The notes below the pieces were generated by a model, which worked only from the letters and a program-made list of their open reading frames with translations, had not been told where the DNA came from and did not search any database. Shown piece by piece: positions 57,732-64,000 of a DNA stretch of 64,000 nt (the first letter of the stretch is position 1; each line of letters begins with the position of its first letter). A program made the translations under genes and the position numbers. The DNA comes from Chloroflexota bacterium (lineage in GTDB: Bacteria > Chloroflexota > UBA11872 > VXOZ01), in NCBI GenBank assembly GCA_964291655.2, contig OZ219802.1:288001-352000 (forward strand). The letters are read 5' to 3'.

Positions 57732-58973
57732 TTGAGCAAGAACAATCTCATCGTCAGCCTTGACGTTGGAACGACCAAGACACGTGCGATCGCATGTGAT
57801 ACTGCGTCTGATGGTCTCCCGAGAATTGTGGGCTTAGGTATTGCGCCGACACACGGCGTGACTCGTGGCGCCGTGGTAGACATGGATGCCACCACTGGGT
57901 CAATCCGTACGTGCCTGGGGTATCTCCAACAGTCTCTCGGGCAAACACCACTCGCTACACATTTGAGCGTTAGTGGCTGCAATATCAGTTCGCAAATTGT
58001 GCGAGTTGAGACTGTGGTGAAGCAATCCAAAGGTGCGATTACCCATGCGGAAATCGACCATGTCTTGGAGTTGGCGCACAGGGCCTCGATACCAGAGGAT
58101 CGTCAAATAGTCACGGCATTCCCCGTTGGGTTTATGCTCGACGGCACTGAGGGAATTCGTGATCCCATCGGCATGTATGGAAACGTGCTCGGCGCGGAAG
58201 TCCACATGATTACGGCCAGCGTGGGGCCAATTCGTAATCTGACGTCCTGCGTCAATGCTGCAGAACTTGCTGTGGACGGAGAAATCACCGCCCAGGCCCT
58301 CGCCGCGGCAGAGGCCGTACTGTCGGACCAGGAAAAGCAGCTTGGCGTCGTCCTCGTCGACATTGGCGGCGGCACAACTGACATGGTGCTCTATACCGAT
58401 GGCGTACCATGGCATACCGCAAGTATCCCGCTTGGCGGCATTAATATTACCAAGGACATCTCATATGGCCTAAAATTGCCCCAGGATGTTGCGGAAGAAC
58501 TCAAGTTGCAGTACGCTACGGTAGTTGAAGAGGCACTTGACGACGAATCTGAAATCGATGCGCCTGGCTTCTATCCAGGTAAGTGGACGGTGCTCCAGCA
58601 GCGGGACCTTGCCATGATAGTAATGGCTCGCATGGAGGAGCTCTTAGAGTTGGTTAAGGATGAGATCCGTCGCACAGGATACTTCGATGTCTTGCCGGCC
58701 GGTGTTGTGTTTACAGGCGGCGGCTCGGAGTTACACGGTCTTGAGGAGTTAGCAACAGCAGTTCTGGGTCTACCTGTGCGGCAGGGAGTAGTCCCCCTAA
58801 TGCGGGGATTGAATGAGGACATTTGTCGACCGGAGTTTGCCACCAGTGTCGGCCAGATATTGTATGCCGCTAAACTTCAGCGGGCACGGGTGCGGCGCCC
58901 CATGAGCGCTGCACTTGGTATAGTGGCAGAGAGACTTGGGTCGCTCATGCGATCTCTTATTCCGATGAGTTAA
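57732..58973 (+). CDS. ftsA: Cell division protein FtsA
   Basis: LDVGTTK, VDIGGGTTD, AEELK, VFTGGG. Confidence 0.95.
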   Translation: MSKNNLIVSLDVGTTKTRAIACDTASDGLPRIVGLGIAPTHGVTRGAVVDMDATTGSIRTCLGYLQQSLGQTPLATHLSVSGCNISSQIVRVETVVKQSKGAITHAEIDHVLELAHRASIPEDRQIVTAFPVGFMLDGTEGIRDPIGMYGNVLGAEVHMITASVGPIRNLTSCVNAAELAVDGEITAQALAAAEAVLSDQEKQLGVVLVDIGGGTTDMVLYTDGVPWHTASIPLGGINITKDISYGLKLPQDVAEELKLQYATVVEEALDDESEIDAPGFYPGKWTVLQQRDLAMIVMARMEELLELVKDEIRRTGYFDVLPAGVVFTGGGSELHGLEELATAVLGLPVRQGVVPLMRGLNEDICRPEFATSVGQILYAAKLQRARVRRPMSAALGIVAERLGSLMRSLIPMS

Positions 58974-58993
58974 CTTTACGTAGGGTGGTGCGC

Positions 58994-60181
58994 ATGGCAA
59001 GTGGTGCAGAAAACCGCATTTCTCGACTTCCCTCAAGTTCGAGTGATGAATCGGGACGATTGGACCCCAGACAGCGCCAAGAATCCTGGGCCCACATCAA
59101 GGTTGTAGGCGCAGGCGGGGCAGGCGGCAACGCAGTAGACCGCATGATTCAGAGCGGTGTAAGTGGCGTTGAGTTTATTGCCGTGAACACCGATGCGCAG
59201 ACTTTGATGAGTTCCCAGGCCGAAAGACGAATCCGCATTGGCGACAAACTCACGAAGGGTCTGGGAGCCGGCGGACAACCCTCAGTAGGCGAAAAGGCAG
59301 CGGAAGAAGCCTACGAAGAGTTGCAGGATGCCCTGCGCGGCTCGGATATGGTATTCATTGCCGTTGGCATGGGAGGTGGAACCGGTACTGGTTCTGCGCC
59401 CGTCATTGGCGAAATCTCCCGAAACATCGCAGCCCTTACGGTCGGTGTCGTGACACGACCGTTTACATGGGAAGGCGTACCGCGCAAACGCATAAGCGAA
59501 GAAGGCATTCGCAATATTCGAGAGCATGTAGACACGCTCATCACCATCCCGAATGATCGAATTCTAGAGATTGCCCCTAAGAATACGCCGATTACGGAAG
59601 CATTTCGTTTGGCAGATGAGGTGCTGCGCCAGGCTGTGCAGGGCATTTCAGATCTCATTACACAACCTGGACTCATTAACCTTGACTTCAATGACGTCAA
59701 GGCGATAATGCAGAATTCCGGTACTGCCTATATGGCAATTGGGTACGGAAGTGGTGAGAACCGCGCTGCGGACGCAATGCGAGACGCTTTGGCCAATCCG
59801 TTGCTTGAAATGTCCATAGACGGCGCTAAGGGCATTTTGCTCAACTTCACCGGCGGGCCGGATATGAGCCTGCACGAAGTCTCGCAAGCAGCCGAGATCA
59901 TTTCCAATGCCGCCGATCCTGATGCCCAGATCATCTTCGGATCCGTTATCGAAGAATCTATGAGCTCCGACATTCAGATTACTGTCATTGCCACCGGCTT
60001 TGACGAACAAGACATTCGCCGCCCGGGTATGCGGGGCGCTGTGGAGCCTCGTAGCCCAGATTCCGGGGATCGGCCTTCTGTCATTCCAATTGGAACAGAA
60101 GAAATCGACGAAGTCGATGCGGAGCACGACCTTGAGGTGCCGACTTTCTTGCGGAAACGCATGAACCGCCAGGACCGCTGA
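58994..60181 (+). CDS. ftsZ: Cell division protein FtsZ
   Basis: GAGGAGGNA, NTDAQ, GMGGGTGTG, INLDF.D, C-terminal DLEVPTFLR; start 58985 or 58994. Confidence 0.98.
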   Translation: MASGAENRISRLPSSSSDESGRLDPRQRQESWAHIKVVGAGGAGGNAVDRMIQSGVSGVEFIAVNTDAQTLMSSQAERRIRIGDKLTKGLGAGGQPSVGEKAAEEAYEELQDALRGSDMVFIAVGMGGGTGTGSAPVIGEISRNIAALTVGVVTRPFTWEGVPRKRISEEGIRNIREHVDTLITIPNDRILEIAPKNTPITEAFRLADEVLRQAVQGISDLITQPGLINLDFNDVKAIMQNSGTAYMAIGYGSGENRAADAMRDALANPLLEMSIDGAKGILLNFTGGPDMSLHEVSQAAEIISNAADPDAQIIFGSVIEESMSSDIQITVIATGFDEQDIRRPGMRGAVEPRSPDSGDRPSVIPIGTEEIDEVDAEHDLEVPTFLRKRMNRQDR

Positions 60182-60207
60182 CGGTTCTTCCGCACGCGCC
60201 ACGAAAG

Positions 60208-60253
60208 CAGCAAAGAGGGCGAAGAGGTATTCTCTCCGCCCTCTTTGTTATTG
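60208..60253 (+). terminator. Terminator after ftsZ
   Basis: CAAAGAGGGCG(A)AGAG-gtatt-CTCT(C)CGCCCTCTTTG followed by TTATT. Confidence 0.75.
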
Positions 60254-60442
60254 TGCCTGCTACTTTCCCAATCCCGGCCACACGCGTGGCGGTCTCGTAC
60301 TACCCAATCAGGCTCCCTCAGCGTGTCCACTCTTCGTCTGCCCCGCATTGCCGAGAGGCGTCCCGCGCCGCCATTGCGCCAATCGGTCGAAGCGCATTCC
60401 AAGTCTTGAGTGTTCTGCGATTCCACGTCCGGGGCGGTCGCA

Positions 60443-62116
60443 TCACGAGGTTGGAATGACGGGCAGTAAGATGTGGGAAGGATATACCCGGTCATGGTGG
60501 ACCGTCTGTCGCGCGACCTGCCAATTGTCCTCCAGAGCATTGTTCTCGGCGCCGGTATTTAGGTTGCGGTCGAAGCGCGGAAAGTTACTTGATGAGATTT
60601 CCACGCGGATGCGATGACCGGCATGAAAGACGTTGCCAATGACCCAAAGATCGATCTCGTATTCGTAAACCTTCCCAGGCTGAAGGAGAGACGAGGTTTC
60701 CCGACCCTCACGGAACCGTGCGCGCACGATGCCGTCGCAGAGGCTCAGGGCACGGCCATCCGGGTGCACATCTACCAACTTAGCCGTCCAGTCGGTGTCC
60801 GGCTGGTCGGTGACGGCATAGAGCGTCACCTTTATCGGTCCCGTTACCTCAAGTTCGCTCTGCAGCGGCTCACTTGTGTAGCACAACACGTCCTGGCGCA
60901 TCTCGATATTCTGCTGGTCGTAGGGCCCCCACGGCACAATGTGCGGCGAGCAGCAGTTGTTTCCGCCCAGTGTCGGTACCGGCGCGATGGGGTCATAGGT
61001 GAAGCCATCGGAGGGTTCATCTGCAGGCAGTTCTATGGAAAGTCCGCCGTCGCCGTTAAGCGTATTCGCAGCGCCCCGGGAATGGAAGTACCAAGGCTGC
61101 CAGTCGGTGCGGGCAAGCGGCCACTCATGCTCGTTGCGCCACTCATTGCGCCCCATTATGAAGAGCCGTAGCGGCGGTTCATCGAGGATTCCGTTTTGTT
61201 CTCCCTTTAACCAATAGTCGAACCAGCGCAGTTCCTCACCATCCAAATCGACCATCGAATCCGCGCCAAAGTCTACTTGGCCCGTGACCCGTGAAAGGGA
61301 AAGCGCATGCGGCCAGGGGCCCATGATAAGTTGGCTCTGCCGCGCCTCCGCGGAGCCCCCATGCAGCCGCAGCTCATTCCAATTGTCAAACGTGGCCTTG
61401 GAGTAAAGATCAAACCAGCCGCCCATGTTGTATGCGGGAGCGCTTATGTCCTGCCACTTTCCGCTGTTGCCGGATTGCTCCCAATACTCGTCGTAGTGAG
61501 GATGGCGAACCCAGTCCTTCCAAAAGTCTAGGTCGCGCCCGATCGCGCTGGGGATCTTATCCACCGGTAACGTACGAAACGCGCGGCCCCAGTCTTCATA
61601 CTCGATGTTCTGGGCAGTGCGACCGTGCGTACGCGAGCCCCATGTCGCCAGCACGCCGATTTGGAGAGCGCCCTGGGTATATCCGGGCGAGTCGTAGAAG
61701 TCGCACGGGGCGACACGCGGCACGATACTGGTCAGATGCGGGCTGCCACGCCACGCGGCCGTCCACTGCGTTATGCCCAAGTAAGACCCACCTGCCATAC
61801 CAATCTTGCCGGTGCTCCATGGCTGCTCCGCAATCCACTCCACCGTGTCGTGTCCGTCATCGGCTTCATTCACCACTGGATAGTAGGCGCCGTCAGAGTC
61901 CCACCTGCCCCGCACGTCCTGAATGACAGCGGCGTAGCCCCTGGCCGCGAGGTATCGACCCTTTTCGATCAAGAGGTCGGTGTTGTTGCCGTACGGCGTG
62001 CGTACGAGAACGGTGGGCGCAGGCCCTGTACGTGCAGGCAGGAACACATCTGCGGACAAAGCCACGCCATCCCGCATCGGCACTTTGGCATCAACCAGGG
62101 TCCGAACAATTGACAC
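60443..62116 (-). CDS. CocE/NonD family serine hydrolase
   Basis: MRDGV.L, RTPY, QDVRGR, GGSYLG, GGWFD, GPWPH, SSSNFPRFD; AGGAGG RBS. Confidence 0.92.
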   Translation of the reverse strand: MSIVRTLVDAKVPMRDGVALSADVFLPARTGPAPTVLVRTPYGNNTDLLIEKGRYLAARGYAAVIQDVRGRWDSDGAYYPVVNEADDGHDTVEWIAEQPWSTGKIGMAGGSYLGITQWTAAWRGSPHLTSIVPRVAPCDFYDSPGYTQGALQIGVLATWGSRTHGRTAQNIEYEDWGRAFRTLPVDKIPSAIGRDLDFWKDWVRHPHYDEYWEQSGNSGKWQDISAPAYNMGGWFDLYSKATFDNWNELRLHGGSAEARQSQLIMGPWPHALSLSRVTGQVDFGADSMVDLDGEELRWFDYWLKGEQNGILDEPPLRLFIMGRNEWRNEHEWPLARTDWQPWYFHSRGAANTLNGDGGLSIELPADEPSDGFTYDPIAPVPTLGGNNCCSPHIVPWGPYDQQNIEMRQDVLCYTSEPLQSELEVTGPIKVTLYAVTDQPDTDWTAKLVDVHPDGRALSLCDGIVRARFREGRETSSLLQPGKVYEYEIDLWVIGNVFHAGHRIRVEISSSNFPRFDRNLNTGAENNALEDNWQVARQTVHHDRVYPSHILLPVIPTS

Positions 62117-62357
62117 AATGCGTACCTCCTAATGCTTTCATTGACTAATTCGCAATCTGGGCCGGCAATGCATGGAATTCATACGTGAGGCAGTGTAGCA
62201 CAGGTCGGCCCTATTTCGGCTGTACCCACGCGCCGCTGGAGAGGCGATTGCGACCGCCGAGCAAGTTGGGTCTTGCTACCCTGCATGGTATGATGGTGAA
62301 ACGGAAATCACCAAATCAAATCGCCTTAGATCCCCATTTTCGCTCTAAAGTACAGTC

Positions 62358-63905
62358 GTGGCAACGTATTACCTTACAACTCCGATTTACTACCCTAATG
62401 CCAAGCCCCATATTGGCACGGCATTTTGTACTATCGGCTGTGACGTACAGGCACGCTATCGCCGCTTGAAGGGCTTCGATACGTTCTTTCTCACGGGTCT
62501 CGATGAGAACAGCCTCAATGTGGAGCGCCAGGCCAGAAGCCAGGGCAAGGACCCGCAGGACTATTGCGACGAAATGGCGGAGTTCTTCCGCGATCTTTGG
62601 GACAAGCTAAACATCTCCAATGACGGCTTCATCCGCACGACTGAAGAGCACCACAAGCACGCGGCACGACTCTTATTGCAGAAGTGCTACGACGCCGGCG
62701 ACATCTACAAAGGGACCTATGCCGGGTGGTACTGCCTCCCTTGCGAGGCCTTCTACGCCGATGACGACTTGGTAGACGGCAAGTGCCCGGTGCACGATGC
62801 AGAGCCGGAGTGGACGGAAGAAGACAACTACTTCTTTGCCCTCTCCAAGTACCAGGACCGGTTGCTGGCATTCTATGACGAGCATCCGGAGTCGGTTTTG
62901 CCAGACTTTCGGCGCAATGAAGTCGTGAATATGGTGCGCGGCGAACTGCGGGACTTCAGCATTTCCCGCGCCAACAAGACGTGGGGAATTCCCGTACCCT
63001 TCGACGAAGAGCAGGTCATCTACGTTTGGTTCGATGCGCTCACAAACTACATCACCGGCGTTGGCTATGGGCAAGATGACGAATTGTTTGCCCGCTACTG
63101 GCCGGCGGATGTGCACGTCATCGGCAAAGACATCATTCGCTTTCACTGCGTCTACTGGCCGGCGATGCTGATGTCTGCCGGGGTGCAATTGCCGAAGACG
63201 GTTTGGGCGCACGGCTGGATCATGTTCCGGGGCCTGAAGATGAGCAAGTCCCGCGGCACAGGCGTAGACCCCTTCGAGATGGTGGACGAGTTTGGAGCCG
63301 ATGCGGTGCGCTACTACTTGGTGCGGGAAATCCCCTTCGACCAGGACGGCGTATTCTCGTGGGAGAGTTTCTATAACCGATACAACGCCGACTTAGCGAA
63401 CGATCTTGGCAACCTTGTGCAACGCACCACATCTATGGTTTCGCGTTACTTTGACGGGGTGCTGCCGGCCCCCGGTGACGCAACCTCCCTCGACGAATCC
63501 TTAAGGGAAGTGGCGCAGCAAGCGGTTGAAGGTGCGGAGCGCGGACTTGAGTCATGGGACCTCGACGCTGCATTAGATAGTGTCTGGACGCTTGTTACTC
63601 GTGCGAACCAATACATTGAGGAAAACGCGCCCTGGGTACTTGCCAAAGACGCCGACCAGCGGGAACGTCTTGGATCCGTGCTCTACAACGTGACCGAAGC
63701 CGTGCGCATCCTGGCCGTTTTGCTCGGACCGTATGTCCCGCAGACGGCGGATACCATACTGGAGCGCCTTGGCGAACCTCCGCTTGACGCCGGTGCCTGG
63801 GAGCGCGGCCTTGGGTGGGGGGGCTTAACCTCAGACCGAAACATATCTACCGGCAAGCCGCTCTTTCCCCGCTTAGAAGTACCCGAGTTCTCGGAAAGCA
63901 CGTAG
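62358..63905 (+). CDS. metG: Methionine-tRNA ligase (short form, no C-terminal tRNA-binding domain)
   Basis: TTPIYYPN..HIGT, CLPC..CPVH knuckle, YVWFDAL, GKDI..FH, KMSKS, LFPR. Confidence 0.96.
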   Translation: MATYYLTTPIYYPNAKPHIGTAFCTIGCDVQARYRRLKGFDTFFLTGLDENSLNVERQARSQGKDPQDYCDEMAEFFRDLWDKLNISNDGFIRTTEEHHKHAARLLLQKCYDAGDIYKGTYAGWYCLPCEAFYADDDLVDGKCPVHDAEPEWTEEDNYFFALSKYQDRLLAFYDEHPESVLPDFRRNEVVNMVRGELRDFSISRANKTWGIPVPFDEEQVIYVWFDALTNYITGVGYGQDDELFARYWPADVHVIGKDIIRFHCVYWPAMLMSAGVQLPKTVWAHGWIMFRGLKMSKSRGTGVDPFEMVDEFGADAVRYYLVREIPFDQDGVFSWESFYNRYNADLANDLGNLVQRTTSMVSRYFDGVLPAPGDATSLDESLREVAQQAVEGAERGLESWDLDAALDSVWTLVTRANQYIEENAPWVLAKDADQRERLGSVLYNVTEAVRILAVLLGPYVPQTADTILERLGEPPLDAGAWERGLGWGGLTSDRNISTGKPLFPRLEVPEFSEST

Positions 63906-63926
63906 CAGGCTGCTGCTGGTTCGCGC

Positions 63927-64000
63927 ATGACGGATACCCACGCCCATATCAACTCGCCTCGCTTTGCTGAGGACCTATCCGCAGTTGTCGACCGTGCAAT
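63927..64000 (+). CDS. tatD: TatD-family DNase (3'-truncated by window edge)
   Basis: MTDTHAHI....F..D...VV.RA and typical metG-tatD synteny. Confidence 0.8.
   Translation, partial: MTDTHAHINSPRFAEDLSAVVDRA

Noticed and set aside
62117-62357. T-box or SAM riboswitch upstream of metG
   Set aside because: No GGTGGNACC T-box or SAM-I core was found, and a TGGTATGAT extended -10 near 62287 leaves too short a leader.

Overview
GC-rich (~58-60% by eye) chromosomal segment of a monoderm bacterium, most likely Chloroflexota. That assignment is inferred from gene content and order (yvcK-gap-pgk, mraZ with GTGGG boxes, metG-tatD, citramalate synthase), not from a marker RNA. No rRNA, tRNA, CRISPR array, transposase, integrase or phage gene was recognised. 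The left half (1-30 kb) is accessory or catabolic: three PHP-type (CehA/McbA/DUF3604-like) metallohydrolases, an MlrC peptidase, a threonine-synthase-like PLP enzyme, an FAD oxidase, a CocE/NonD hydrolase, an MntA/HepT toxin-antitoxin pair and a nonsense-interrupted NucS-like nuclease. The best candidate for an undescribed system is the minus-strand operon glcD-glcE-glcF-(YumC-type flavoreductase with an altered NADP site)-nuoE-nuoF. It joins a 2-hydroxy-acid dehydrogenase to a stand-alone diaphorase with no NuoG, hydrogenase or FDH subunit. The right half is mostly housekeeping (gap, pgk, nadB/nadC, queG, metG, tatD) and includes a decaying DtxR-family gene and a streamlined dcw cluster (mraZ-rsmH-ftsL-ftsI-ftsW-murC-murB-ftsQ-ftsA-ftsZ) that lacks murE/F, mraY, murD, murG and ddl. 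All family assignments come from motif recognition; no database searches were run.
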